Origin: Nemertoderma westbladi
Lineage: Eukaryota; Animalia; Xenacoelomorpha
Assembly: GCA_032718475.1 (NCBI GenBank)
Contig: JAUCBJ010008916.1
Coordinates: 1-64,000, forward strand
Direction of reading: 5' to 3'
DNA: 64,000 nucleotides
The translations under genes and the position numbers were made by a program. The notes under the pieces were generated by a model that worked only from the letters and a program-made list of their open reading frames with translations, was not told the origin of the DNA and did no database searches. Below are positions 50,479-64,000 of the stretch, piece after piece; position 1 is the first letter of the stretch; every line of letters starts with the position of its first letter.

Positions 50479-52649
50479 TGTATTTATTAACCGGGATATT
50501 AATTAATTGTCCTTTCAAATATTTTAAAAAATAGTTTCCGCCGTACCGTCGAAAGTTTTCATTTGAAGTCGAAGTTTTTAGACTAGCTTTGGGACCGGCG
50601 ACGGGGTTTTAGGTAGACCTACTTTTTTAGCTAAATTTTGTATAAACATGAAGCTGCTGTAAGTTTGTCGAGTGAGTGAAGCCCAAAAAGTCAATAGATT
50701 ACTCTTTATTCTTAGATTATATATATTATATTATATTATATTATATTATTAGGATATCGCGGAGACATCACAGTCATAGCAGCGATTGAACAATAAAATC
50801 ATCGATTTAAAATTACAAGTAAAAACTCACATAAAATATACACAACGTCTTATGCTATGGCTTAAGTTGTTACCTATTGTTAAAATGTTAAAATTGTTAC
50901 TTTTTCGATACAATGTATGTTATTAATGCATACAATTTTGTGAATCTAATAATTTTTATATTGTACCGGTAGCTAGTTTTTTTTTTATAATAGCTACTGT
51001 ACTACAGTAGCTAGTGTTTTTCAAAAACAATAAATTTGTATTTTGATAGAATTATTGTTTTGAAACATGGCTACCGGTAGCTATTATCTTTTATGGTATA
51101 GCTAGTGATTTACATAGCTAGTTATTAAAAGATAGTTATTTAATATTTTTCTGTCGAGTAATTGAGGTCATTAGTATAGTATCTATGCCTAAATTAAAAA
51201 AAAATTGATTAAAATTATTAGTGATTATCGGTTTATATCTTGGGGTTTTTCGTTCTAGAACAAATATTTGACCATCTGACAGTAATATGGTAGCCAGTAA
51301 TTTGGATTTTGTGTTAGCTAGTACTTTTTATTAGCTTGTAAAAAAATTAAAAATGTAATTTAATCCTCAAATATATTTGTCAATAAGAATAAGAAACATG
51401 AAATAAATAAGCATTAGAATAAGAAATTAAATTGAAATTTAAATAAATTGAAATTTAATTTATTTATGTAAGTAACCATAGCAACAAAAATATATAATTC
51501 TAGAATAAAATTGATAATACAAAGGCAAACAACAGTAGTAATTGGAGTAATGGAGTAATTAATTACATTTCATATTGGATAAACAGGATGTTTCTTTCTT
51601 GTTAATTCTGACAGTTCATGAAAAGAAGTATCTTTAACAACTAACTAACATAAAAATGGGCTAGAGTTCCGTATGCAGTCGCAATTGAAATTTTTATATT
51701 CATTAATGAAATTGTGTACTTTTTGCATAGTAATATCACCACATTTTTTTGCGTTCTAGAACATTATATTTTTTATTTTATTTATATTCTAGAATAGTGT
51801 TTTAATAATTATATTTTGTTCTAGAACTCTACACTGTTGCCATGGTTACAATGATTTATGTTATAAAAATGTTGTGCTATATGGAACTGTTAACAAAAAT
51901 AAAAAAATAAAATAAAAAATATACAGTACCTTGATTTTTGATTAGCGGTAGCTAATGTTCTGAAATTAGCTAATATTGTGTTCTATCTACCAATGTTGCT
52001 TAACATTAATCAATAACAAAACACACATTAAAGTTAATTTTTTTAATCTGTAATTTTTTTCAAAAACATTATAGCTACCCTTGAAAAAAACACTAGCTAA
52101 CATCAAGAACACTTTAGAACATTTTGTATATCTTACATGTATATTGAAATGGAATCGTGTTTGAATTAATTTTAGCACCACAATCAGTATGGTGCTCAAT
52201 TTTTTTTGCATCAATCGGGTTTTTTAGTCAATGACCAATTTCCAAAGAGGAGACCATACCACGGGCCTGTCTTGAAATACCTACTATGTGATAGCCTTAG
52301 TTCACTAGTGCTACACGTGTCGGTACTGTAGTACTATGGAAACTAATACAACCCAGAGTAATGTACAATGTAGGCCTACAAAAGTACCAAAGGTCAAGAA
52401 CAATACCAACATGTCGAAGAATAACTTAACACCCCCCCCCCCCCCCCCCCCACCCCCACACGGATTAACTTTTTGTTGATGCAACTTGTGCCTGTGTGAG
52501 GGACAAAAAGTGCCTAGTGTGAGGGGGTCAGCGATAAGTTGCTGGACTATCTCAGCAACATTTCGCAACAAAAGTTTGATGAAAGTTTCTGTGTATTTGG
52601 AAGTCCGACACCTCCTGCTGCAACATTTTTGAAAAGTTGCTACAGCCAT

Positions 52650-54310
52650 TAAAAAGTTGTGGACACAGGTTGCAGGCACAAGTTGCAGACACAAATTATA
52701 GTTGTGGACACAGGTTGCAGACGCAAGTTGCGGACACAAGTTGTGGACAGAGGTTGCAGGCACAACTTGTAGTTTTGGACACAGGTTGAGGCACAAGTTG
52801 CAGACACAAGCTGTAGTTGTGGACATAGGTTGCAGACACAAGTTGTAGTTGTGGTCATAGGTAACAGGCACAAGTTGCAGACACAAGTTGTCGACAGAAG
52901 TTGTGGACATAGGTAACAGGCACAAGTTGCAGACACAAGTTGTCGACAGAAGTTGTGGACACAAGTTGTGGACACCCTGTGTCCACAACTTGCACAAATT
53001 GTAGTTGTGGACACAGGTTGCAGACAGAAGTTGTGGACACAGGTTGCAGACACAAGTTGTAGTTGTGGACACAGGTTGCAGGCACAAGTTGCAGACACAA
53101 GTTGTGGACAGAGGTTGGAGGCACAAGTTACAGACACAAATTGTAGTTGTGGACACAGGTTGCAGACACAAGTTGTGGACACAAGTTGCAGACACAAGTT
53201 GTGGACACAAGTTGTTGAAACAGGCTGCAGACACAAGTTGTAGTTGTGGACACAGGTTGCAGACACAAGTTGTGGACACAAGTTGCAGACACAAGTTGTA
53301 GTTGTGGACACAGGTTGCAGGCACAAGTTGAAGACACAAGTTGTAGTTGTGGACACAGGTTGCAGGCACAGGTTGCAGACACAAGTTGTTGACACAAGTT
53401 GTGGACATAATTTGTGGACACAAGTTGTGGACACAGGTTGCAGGCACAAGTTGCAGACACAAATTGTAGTTGTGGACACAGGTTGCAGGCACAGGTTGCA
53501 GACACAAGTTGTTGACACACGCTATGGACATAATTTGTGGACACAAGTTGTGAACACAGGTTGCAGGCACAAGTTGCAGACACAAATTGTAGTTGTGGAC
53601 ACAGGTTGCAGACACAAGTTGTGGATACAAGTTGTGGACACAGGTTGCAGGCACAAGTTTCAGACACAAATTGTGGACAGAAGTTATGGACACAAGTTGT
53701 GGACACAGGTTGTAGGCACAAGTTGCAGACACAAATTGTAGTTGTGGACACAGGTTGCAGACACAAGTTGTGGACACAGGTTGCAGACACAAGTTGTAAT
53801 TGTGTACACAGGTTGCAGACACAAGTTGTGGACACAAGTTGCAGAAATAAGTTGTAATTGTGGACACAGTTTGCAGACACAAGTTGGGGACACAAGTTGC
53901 AGACACACGTTTTGGACACAAGTTGTGGATACAAGTTGCAGATACAAGTTGTGGATACAAGTTGCAGACACAAGTTGTGGACACAAGTTGTGGACACAGG
54001 TTGCAGACACAAGTTGTGGATACTAGTTGTAGACACAAGTTGTGGACACAAGTTGTGGACTCAGGTTGCAGACACAAGTTGTGGACACAAGTTGCAGACA
54101 CAGGTTGGGGACACAAGTGGCAGACACAAGTTGTGGACACACGTTGCAGGCACAAGTTGAAGACACAAGTTGTGGACACAAGTTGCAGACACAAGTTGTG
54201 GATACAAGTTGCAGACACAAGTTGTGGACACAAGTTGCAGATACAAGTTGTGGATACAAGGTGCAGACATAAGTTGTGGACACAGGTTGCAGACGCAAGT
54301 GGTAGACACG
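52650..54310. repeat. Degenerate 13-bp tandem array (ACACAAGTTGTGG / ACACAAGTTGCAG)
   Basis: Direct periodicity with interspersed 19-bp variants; source of the Cys-rich ORFs. Confidence 0.92.
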
Positions 54311-54447
54311 ACAAATGTTACTCAGTGTGAGAGGGGGTCCGCCTTATTTATTTACAGACCTTGAATTGGTGGTGGTAAATGATTAGATCACAAATAACTA
54401 TTAACTACTGGATTGTAAATTTGTAAACCTTCGATCAAAATACTAAG

Positions 54448-56956
54448 ATGATGTGTAACAGTGATTCCAGTAACTCTCACACTCCCTCCATACACAGTCG
54501 ACGTAGTGTGGAATCCCGTCGCAATGTTACAGTTTCAATCACGAAAGATAAAACACCCTCGGATATCGGCAGTGCATCTCCCAAGAAAGGTCGATCTGTT
54601 TCGCTAATACAATCACAAAGTAGGTCTATGGTACCAAGCTCCAAAGATATGTCAATAGAAAGTTCACAGATTGTCAGCAGTCAAGGTTCTTGGTCAAACA
54701 CATACAGCAGCAAGGAAAGTTCAACGATTCATGTTGAATCCACGTCCATACATAGGGCCAAAGTGACCAGTGGTTGCAGTAAAGTTACCATGCCAAGTGC
54801 AAGTATGAGGTCTATTGCTGAAGAAACTGCGTTTGATTTATTTTTGGTCAGTAAGGAAACTGAAAAAAAATCCGGTCCACCTGAAAATAATGTGGAAGTC
54901 GTCGTTGATATTAAAATCAATTCCATGGATGATGTCATCGCCGAATTGGATAGGATTTCAAGGTGAGTAAAATTGATGGTCAATAATTTATTTATTTGCT
55001 AAATGCGGTTACTGCAATAGAGAATAATTTCAATTCAAAAAAGTGCAATTACAATAAATTATTATTAATGTAAAAGTTCCCCCTTGCTATTTTTTCCCTT
55101 CTTACTAGGTTGTTTTTTTTCATAGGGATTTGTCTAAAAAATCAGATGGTATCAAGAGCTATTTTTGCGATCTAGGAGTCGAAGGAGAAAGCACGGAAGA
55201 TCAGGGCCTGTCGTCATCGATAGAGGCTATTATGGTTAAGTATTGGAACCAAGCAACAGAACTTCAACGCAGACACATACAGGAGGAAAAACTAATAACG
55301 TCCCTCCATGACTGGTTTAGAGACAAAGAGGAAAGGGGCTTAGAGCAACTGGAGGGACTGAAAGAAGACAATGTCAGAGTTGGTTACATTGAAGAAAAGG
55401 TGCGGGAAGCTTTAATAAAACTCAAGCGTGGTCTCAGGAAAATGAAGTCATCCGACGCCACGTCCGATGAAGGTAAACATGAAGCGACAGGCGTAGGGCA
55501 GAGAGAAAAGTTGTTTACCGAGATAAGAGGGAGTGTCGCCGAGATTGCAAAACTCCACGATGATGCTTCTCTGGGTATTTTAGCTGAACAGGAGAATATG
55601 TGGACCAAAGCTGCGGAGAAAATCCTGCAGTATACAAACGAGGCGCACCTTCAAAAAGTCCCTGTGAGAGTTCGCGATATTGAAAAAATTATGAAGCGCA
55701 TGAAATGCGATTTGGAAAACGATTCACTTCAACAGCACTTGGCTTTAAAAGCTCTAAGTTTCATTCAGAGTGACTTCCAACAACGCAATCGAAGTCTAAC
55801 GTTGCAAAATCTTGAGTTTAAAGAGAAGATAGAAATTCAGAGCCTTCAGTTAGCGGAATGGAAGAGCAAGGCCAACTCCAATTGCGGAAACATCGTGGAA
55901 ATCGTCCAGCCTCTACTGGACAAAGAATCACCGCCGCTGGACAAAGAATATCAAATAAACCCTCTCGATCTCAGTGAGTATGAGTGTTCACCAGACACCC
56001 CCGGGGCCATTGAAGTCGGAGACACACATGTGATGGCTGGCAAGTTGTTAAGTCGTCATTTGACGGAACGGATTATTAACGAGCAACTTCGCGCTACAAA
56101 TGCAAAAATGAAGAGGAGAATAGAAAGATTAGAGAGAAATGTCGGAGACCAATCTCAGACTTGTTATGGGAAATCTCGCGAATATGTTCGACAAACGAAT
56201 GATCATGTAAGATTATCAGAAGAAGGTGCTGTTCTCAGTGAGTCACCGCGTGCTATATCGCATTTGCGGAAGATGAATGGGTCTGCGTCGGATGGCCTGC
56301 CGTATTCCGTGAAACAAACTCCCGCCAGTTTACCGGGTTGGGCGAGACGAAATGAGGCTTGGCTCAAGAGAGATAACGCCAGTCTCCAGCGCATATGCTG
56401 CGTGCGATGCCAGAAGGTGAGAACTAGAGATGCAACAGCCCAGACTTCAGTTAGTGGACAACCGTGGGTAGTGACAATAGAGAATAGGTGCATGGAGTTG
56501 GTGAAGCAATTTGTGAATGGTCATCTGTCTTTAGACAAAGTATCTCCTAAGGATATGCATATCCTGCAGGAGGGTATGAGAAAATGCATAGGAAAAGATG
56601 ATAAATTTGGTGCCCCGAAAAGTCTTTTCCCCAACGTTCTGAAAGATCTTCCTATGGGCGGGACACATGGCAAGCCGAGTTTGAGGAGCAGGGACACTCC
56701 AAAGAGTCCAACATCGGCACATAAAGAGAGTCCAATTCATTCAAAGGATCGCAAGACAAAGGGAGGAGATAGTTGCAAGTCGATGAAGGAAGAATATCGC
56801 ACACCAAACGACACAGAGAAAACGAGAGAGAGGGAACGCGGCGTTTTGATATCCAAGTCCGAATGTTTCCCGTATGACCCATTTCAGGAGAAAGTTGTGT
56901 TCGAAAAAAAGTTTGCTAAGATGAGAAAAAGTAGAATTGCACCAATTTTACAATAA
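54448..56956 (+). CDS. Uncharacterised Ser-rich / coiled-coil protein; join(54448..54962, 55126..56956), ~781 aa
   Basis: Two long non-repetitive ORFs joined in frame by the phase-2 intron AG|GTGAGT...TTTCATAG|G; heptad-like E/K/L/Q segments; no recognised domain. Confidence 0.75.
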
Positions 56957-58319
56957 TTTGAACAGTAAAATATTGTGTTTCTTGTAAATGTATTATTTAC
57001 CACTTACTAATTCAGTAACTAAAGAGATTTTGCTTTAAATTGTTTTATTTTACGTCAATTTAAGACCCTCCACCAGTTTACATGTTACAAGGAGCCAAAT
57101 CTAACAATAAACACTTTAAATAAGACTAGGATTAATTTATTGTCGTTCGCGTAAATATAATTAGGGTATCCTAATTGTCTTTCTACATCGATCTACAATG
57201 AGCAGCGCAATGTGTACAATGGCATGAAGTAAACCTGCTCTCTGCATGAAAGAGTTGTTGTCCAACTGCCACAGAAAGAAACTACGGTAATTACTATCCA
57301 GTAATTAGTGCGTGCTGCGCGACTCTGTGTAGGTTATGGTACCGGTCCCCTCTGGTATTCTTATTGGTGATATAACATTTTGCAGAGGTTGCGGGTTACG
57401 GCCGTAGTAAATTAAATGATAAAAGCAGATGAACATCACAACCATGGAGTTCCACTTGAGATGTACAAGACCTCGGGGTTTCAAACATTACAAATTTAAA
57501 AGTAACTTCGTGATACCAAAAAGTTCTCGGAGTTAATAACACGACGTTAAAATCAGATAGGCTAATAATATCTGATATTGTATTGACTATATGATAGACT
57601 TACTTGGCTGCACCATCAACTATCCTGTATCCCGCTATTATCGAGGCCATAAGTAATCCACCACAAGAGCCTAGCCCATATATGGTGGTGGTCAAGATCC
57701 TTTAATTCGTTTTCACAACAAAAACTTAATAATAATTCTTAATTAAGTAATTGCCGTGAACGTCTGCCACTAATATTCACAGCAAATTAAGTGATTACGA
57801 AATTTATATTTCTTTTCCTGGCAACACAATACCCATTTACTGCAAACTGTGAATATCACTCAGTGTATTTCACGCACAAGCAGGAATGCAACTATAACCA
57901 AACGAAAACAAGAACGTAACGAAAAAAACTTTACGCGGAAATAAATAAACAATTCATTAAAATGACTCAATGAAACGAAATGTTTAGTTTCGTAATTTGT
58001 TTGGTTTCGTTATATTAAAAATTAACTATTTATTACATGGGAAAAGTGTATAACTTATTATAACTATTCCAGAGGTAATTTACCTGCCGTGCTCAAGCCA
58101 GGTTAATAGAGTCGAGAGACTAGAGAAAAAAAGAAACGTCCCTACGGAAGTCGATTTTTTTTACATTTTTATAACTCCCAAAAATAAAACTATAACCTGT
58201 TCCATTGACTTTAGTTTATTGTTTTGGTTAAAATTACGTGCCACTGTAACCTGCTCCTTTCCCTTAATTGATAATTTTGGAATCCGGATCCGGATCCGCG
58301 TTTTACACCTACCCGGCCA

Positions 58320-58600
58320 TCTCTATACATTTTTCATGAGTGCCAGCTGGTGTTTTTATCATTGCGCCTATGGCAATTTTCGTGTTTAGGGGCTATTTGT
58401 CGAAATAAAACAAGTTGAGATGTTTCAATTTAAACCGCGATTTCCCCAGTACCCTTAGAAATCCATTTTCATGGTTCATGCAAAATTTCATCGAAATCGT
58501 TAGAGCAGTTTTTGCTCTAGGTCAGTAGTCAGTAGCCAGTAGCCGGTAGCCAGTAGCCGTTTTTTCTTACAGTAATCAAGTCTAACGACTTGCTAATAAT
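58320..58600 (-). mobile_element. Possible HINE/DINE-1-like non-autonomous element
   Basis: Minus strand: hairpin CAAGTC-GTTA-GACTTG, (CTACTGG)n tract, CGATTTCGATGAAATTTTGCATG core. Confidence 0.4.
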
Positions 58601-58706
58601 ATATGAATACATTTTAATAGCTACGTAAATACGATTAAACAGATGTAATGTATTTTCCCCAGCTACTCATGAGATAAACAAATGTTCCAGAATATGCTGT
58701 ATTTAT

Positions 58707-59399
58707 TAGGGATGTGGCGAATGTCCGCATCCGCATCCGTGGATATCCGCATGATTTTTCGCATCCGCATCCGCACCCATGCCATGCGGATGTAACATGC
58801 AGATGTTACATGCACTATTCAAGCATCCTGTCTGAAGGTCCAGTAACCACTCAATTAAATTTTTAATAATAATTCCTTTTTCCCTTATGAAATTTTTTTT
58901 ATTTTATCTTAAAATTATCAAAGTATTAAATATCAAAATTATTTCTTACTACTTATTTCTTATATCAACTTGGCCAGATGCAAAATAAACTACTGTACTG
59001 TATTATGCCAGGACCTAATGTCCCAAAACCTCATGACGAAGGCCAGGACCCAACGACCACTCACATGACCTACGACGCATTACTGGGCAGCCTATGCCCA
59101 TGAATCGGTACAATGTTGCAATGCAATACTGCGTAAGCTGTAGGCCATACAGGTTATACACTAATACTAGAAGGGAACAATATAAAAAATGTTTGTTGTA
59201 TTATTGTTGTTATATTATGTCCCATTCTGTTCTATAACCTTAGACTCTTGTTAGTTTATTAATATAAGATTAGAATATAATATTAAATGATGGTATAACC
59301 TCGATGTAAAAGGGAGGCCAGGCAAAAATATATATGTTTTAATAGACATCCGCATCCGCATCCGCGGATGTTAAAAATATGACATTCGCAACATCCCTA
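58707..59399. mobile_element. hAT-type MITE
   Basis: TIR TAGGGATGTGGCGAATGTC / GACATTCGCAACATCCCTA, subterminal (CCGCAT)n, 8-bp TSD GTATTTAT / GTACTTAT. Confidence 0.88.
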
Positions 59400-60584
59400 G
59401 TACTTATTAAACGGAATAAAATAACCTCGCATAGATGTCGATATCAAACGATTGTAGCAAATGATTGAAAGCAATTCTGGCTGAATTGGGGGCCTACGGG
59501 GACAGGTACCTGAATAACGACACTATATTCCAGGATATTGTGTATGTAAACCTCCGATATATAAATACACGCGGGTCATATCGATGAAAAGTTATATTTT
59601 ACACACGATAATGTAAATAATTAAAAAAGTAGGAAACGAAACGAGAATTTGATCAGGACTTGACAAAATGAAACTAAATAAAATTAAAATTGTTTCGTTA
59701 TGCCATCCTGCCTTGACTACCGGTACAAGTTCGAGAATATATAATAAATAGGCACCGAAGCCTAATTAAACAGAGATCACTGTAATCTCAGACAAACTTA
59801 TAAAAACACTTTATTACATAACGGAAAGTGACGACCTGTAAATATTGTATTAATAGACAAACACGCTGGCAATTCAATATCACATCACACCATTCATTAG
59901 TCGAGTCAATGTAACCAAAAAAGGGGGTCAACATTCATCCAAACCAACTATTTATTATTCTAAATTACCTTGTTAATACCCCTAAAAATTCTACAAAAAT
60001 ATATTATGCGGATCACTTTCAATTTCCTGTTTCTTTCCTTAGCAACATGGATTTTACTTAGCAACAAGGGGTCTATTGGTGGGATTTTCTCTAAATTTGG
60101 TACAGACCAACTTTACTCTAATGACTATCGATTTACAGAAGTATGCACTTCTATATAGTTACTAATTTAGTTTCCAGAGCAACGGAAATTTGTGTAATAA
60201 TTTAACCATTTTTAATACCAACTTTGCTGGTACAATACAGAGAGCTTATTAACACAACTTCACTACTAAACGGGTCTATGTGGAAAATAACATTTTACAC
60301 ACTTTTTTTTATTAAAAAGGTAATATAGAATCCAAAATATGTGGTTCGGATTGATTGCGAAATACTTATGGGTTTTTTTTTGCTAGATTTACTCGTCTAA
60401 TACACACACACACACACATCCGACATACAACATGCTTTGTATACAATATTGATTAAGTTACAACACTGAAAACGTGACTATATTACGAACTGAGAAGACT
60501 GTCAATCATAGGTTACTGTTGTAGCAAAAAACAAAATTATGGAATGAACAATAACAGAATAAAGGTAGCAGTAACCAATAGCCG

Positions 60585-61220
60585 TTAGCGTTGCAATGAT
60601 GTAACTGTGAGAGCAAAACTCAAGTCAACACAACTACCTTCTTTATCTGCTTTGTAATCTAACATTAATTCTTTGAAAACAATAAAGTCAGATAAAGAAT
60701 ACAAGATTTCGAATATCTCTCCATCCAGTTCACTTTTCCGGAGTTGTATCTCCTTGGAAAACTCCTCCATAGAAAATCCCGGGATTCTTAACCTCAGTTG
60801 ATTTTCTATGTAATTCTCAAACAATTCTTGGTATTCTTTAAATATATCCGTGTAAATAAATTTGTTTTCTTCCGAATCGTTAAATTCTGCGTAATATTTA
60901 TCGATAAATTTGTACTTGAGTTCATTGAAAGATGGTTCTAACACAATATCCTCGATATGACCTATAACGATGTCGAATTGGGCGGAATCATCGCTAGACG
61001 ATTCATCTTGTAGGTCCAGATCGAATGGGTTGGGAGCGAATTCGAACGGTTTCAGATAATCTCCGGTGGCTCCATTGTGGGTCAACTCTCCCTGACTCGA
61101 TGAAACGGCGCTGGTTTCGGCGCCTCGCTCATTTTTCTCACTAATACGTAAATTCGCCGTATCGCAAAGATGCAAACACTTGTTTGCATCGGCAGAGGTT
61201 GTGGTACATTCCATATCCAT
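60585..61220 (-). CDS. ARL2BP: ADP-ribosylation factor-like protein 2-binding protein (BART), intronless, 211 aa from ATG 61220
   Basis: FDIVIGHIEDIV...KYYAEFNDSEENKFIYTDIFKEY...IPGFSM...GEIFEIL..LSDF..FKELMLDYKADKEG..DLS..L.VTSL follows the ARL2BP family along its length. Confidence 0.92.
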   Translation of the reverse strand: MDMECTTTSADANKCLHLCDTANLRISEKNERGAETSAVSSSQGELTHNGATGDYLKPFEFAPNPFDLDLQDESSSDDSAQFDIVIGHIEDIVLEPSFNELKYKFIDKYYAEFNDSEENKFIYTDIFKEYQELFENYIENQLRLRIPGFSMEEFSKEIQLRKSELDGEIFEILYSLSDFIVFKELMLDYKADKEGSCVDLSFALTVTSLQR

Positions 61221-62079
61221 GTCGCGAAAACAGAATCCTAAATCAAACCAAATTCTAATAATACCAGGAATAACAGGCAGATACCTCTGCACGGCAACCG
61301 AAATGATCTCCGACTCCGAATAGGCCTAATTTAGTAATTAGTAACAAAGGTGCCTAACTCCAAATGTAATTGAGTATGACTGATGCAGCATGCTGGTATA
61401 GCATAGGGTGGTCTCATGGACTACATAGGTTACTAGGGTGGCGGTAAATATCGTAAATTAAAACGGTAATTGTTCTCTCATACAGTACTGCAGTAGTTCC
61501 TAACCTATTCAACAATAATGTATAGTCTAGGCCTATTATATTCCAGTATTCAGATATTACTGTATTTGGGCCTCATGACATAGGGTTTGCGCCTTTGCGG
61601 TTATGGCAATGGAGAAGGACATTAAACATTAGTGTTAAATTACAGTTTTGATACAGCAGTATGGTTTTAATTAGAGTTTTGGCCTGATCAATGCACACTA
61701 GCCCAACAGGAAACCAACCAGGGATACAGTCAAACCACGGAATGACTCTGAACTGCAACTGCAGCAGGAAAGAACCGGTAAGCCTGCAAACAACTAAAAA
61801 AGTTAAGTTTGTTACCGTACGACTAAGATAGAGCCCAAAAAGATGGAGAGGGTGCTGTTCGTGTGAAATGGCTGAGAGTGAAAAGTGGAGGGGGACCTAC
61901 CCTACAGGCAACCGGTGAAGTTAATATATACGAGCTACCGGTAGGGCCCTACTGTTTGATTCAAAAATAAAACGGCGCGTAATGTTACACTGATTTATTA
62001 CTTACGGAAGCCCATTACGGCCACCTTCGCGGACATCATGACAAACTGAGGGGATACCAGATACCCCGGATACCTGCAA

Positions 62080-62247
62080 AAGCGCGCCGTTGACAAAATT
62101 TTGTCAAAGGCGCGCGGTCTGTCAATAGCGAGCCCCATTCTGCCGTTGTCAGATTGTCAAATATTCTGTCAATGGCGTGCGCTCTTCAATGCCCTGCGCC
62201 GTTGTCAAATTTTTTTGTCAACGGCGGGCGCACTGTCAACGGCGCAT
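62080..62247. repeat. Cluster of short inverted repeats (possible small MITE)
   Basis: GCGCGCCGTTGACAAAATTTTGTCAAAGGCGCGC hairpin and recurrent GCCGTTG/CAACGGC motifs. Confidence 0.55.
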
Positions 62248-62384
62248 GCTCTGACCTGTCTATTCAACAAGCTGTAGGCCTACTGCATGCAGTACAAGTA
62301 CTGCTGTACAGTACTGCTGTATTGTGTTTACTTCAGTGCTTCTCAGGTTGACAGTTGTTATCGGCTGATCGGTACCGTACCGTA

Positions 62385-63305
62385 CCGGTGTAACAGGAAA
62401 ATATGCCCCCCCGGGAAATGTGCCCGGGGGGGCATATTTTCCTAGGAAAAAATGCCCCCCCGGGCAAATTTCCCTAGGAAAAAATGCCCCCCCTTAGGAA
62501 ATTATGCCCCCCCTGAATTATACAATAAACAAAACTTATTACTACAGTACTACTAAAACTTACAAAAATTATACAAAACAATAAACAGTCACTTTACCAA
62601 ATGAAGGAAAGGAGCAGGTTACAGAGGCAGGCCTTTCTAACCAAAACAATAAACGATCATTTAACTAATTGAGGGAAAGGAGCAGGTTACAGAGGCGGGA
62701 TTTTCTAACCAAAACAATAAACAGTCACTTTAGCAAATCAGGGAAAGGAGCAGGTTACAGAGACGGGATTTTCTAACCAAAACAATAAACGATAACATTA
62801 CCAATGGAGAGAAAGGAGCAGGTTACAGAGGCGGGATTTTCTAACCAAAACAATAAACAATCACTTTACCAAATCAGGGAAAGGAGCAGGTTACAGACTT
62901 AAAAAAGCTTGGAGCTGCTCGGCGCCCACACAACACCACACACTCGCACTGCTGTTATACCAGTACTTACTACAGTAGCCTACTGACTTACTTCAGTATG
63001 CAGTTCTACATCCCTTACTGCCTTACCTGCTTACCTACCGGCAGACCGGTACCGTACTATTCTTCCAACTATTACAAGTTCTGCAGTTGGTAGATTAAAA
63101 GTGGCTACCAGCAGACCGGTGTCGTACCAGTTTTCAGACTTTTGAGGGGGGCTAATTTTCCTGAGGGGAGGCATTATTTCCTAAGGAGAAAATGCCCCCC
63201 CGGGCAAAATTTCCTAGGAAAAATTGCCCGGGGGGACATAATATCCTAGGAAATAATGCCCCGGGGGGCATATTCTAGGGGGGGCTGATTTCCTTGTGAC
63301 ACCGG
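62385..63305. mobile_element. TIR non-autonomous DNA transposon with CCGG termini and TA flanks
   Basis: TA|CCGGTGTAACAGGAAA...TTTCCTTGTGACACCGG|TA; subterminal TGCCCCCC/GGGGGGCA and TTCCTAGGAA palindromes; internal ~60-bp tandem repeat at 62570-62898. Confidence 0.85.
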
Positions 63306-63560
63306 TACTGCTGTGCTAAATGTATTAGGCTTACCAACACCAGAAGTTTTTTAATTGAGTTTTATATCTATAGCACTAAATAGCAGCAGAGCAGTAGAGT
63401 AATCATCAGTAGCTGTAGTAGCAGTAGGCCCCTATGTCTGTGTGTACCGGTACCCGGTACTGATATCTGGATATAGGTCAGTAGGTGGTACGGATACGGC
63501 AGTACAGAACTCCAACATTTAACATTATTGGTGAGATTATTTTAATTAGACACTCTCATT

Positions 63561-64000
63561 ATGGTCGTCTGTCCACGTTGTTCATTTTCCAACAATGAGG
63601 AGTTTAACTTCTGCAATAAATGTGGTTTGCCTATCACTGGCAGTTGGTCGTCTGGCAATGACGACAATGTTCAGATGTTAGTAGCAATATAGGAAGTGAT
63701 GGAGTTGCAACCTTGTTACATGCGACAATTCCCAATTTCAACGAATTTTTAAGAGAGAAAAGTCGTGGACATCTAGGCCAAGGTTCTTCAAGTTCGTCGA
63801 TGACGCCAAGGATCGTTACACCTAATCCAGCTAAAAAGGCCAAGATAGAAAAAGTAAAATATGTTAATATAGACATCGGTTTTATGAAATATGATCGTAA
63901 ACTTGGTAATTTAAAGCCCTTCTTAGGTAAAAGGGTAACCATTGAAGTCGCATCATCTGCAGATTACGATATGATTTTTAAGAACGGTGTCGCTCAATTT
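63561..64000 (+). pseudogene. Zinc-ribbon-led coding-like sequence with a frameshift, running off the window end
   Basis: MVVCPRCSFSNNEEFNFCNKCG then a stop at 63690; a second frame stays open from ~63662 to the end (VNIDIGFMKYDRKLGNLKPFLGKRVTIEV). Confidence 0.4.

Noticed and set aside
52311-54330. Cys-rich keratin-associated or metallothionein-like ORFs
   Set aside because: The 13-bp array gives the same pseudo-protein in all frames on both strands.

Overview
AT-rich, repeat-dense animal (probably invertebrate) genomic DNA. 1-15.5 kb is mostly tandem arrays (29, 54, 22, 42, ~62, 63 and 24 bp units) plus a 5'-truncated RTE-clade LINE inside one array. Next is a truncated CR1/L2-type LINE with a 2A-like DIETNPGP motif. 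Two related Bel/Pao LTR retrotransposons follow (~18.06-34.45 kb, full-length but decayed; 34.63-46.56 kb, young, RT/RNaseH/IN-deleted, ATATG TSD), each with a ~3 kb 3' accessory region. The last 17 kb holds three host genes (PP1 paralog with a GC-AG intron, an orphan coiled-coil gene, intronless ARL2BP), RFX X-boxes, several MITEs and a SINE. Strongest unexpected signal: neither Bel/Pao element has a tRNA primer-binding site. In each, the 11 nt directly after the 5' LTR are perfectly complementary to an 11-mer about 750 nt upstream in the element's own LTR, with 4 compensatory changes between the elements, next to a covarying U5 RNA structure. This looks like Tf1-style self-primed reverse transcription in a Bel/Pao family. 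All calls were made by eye; no searches were run.
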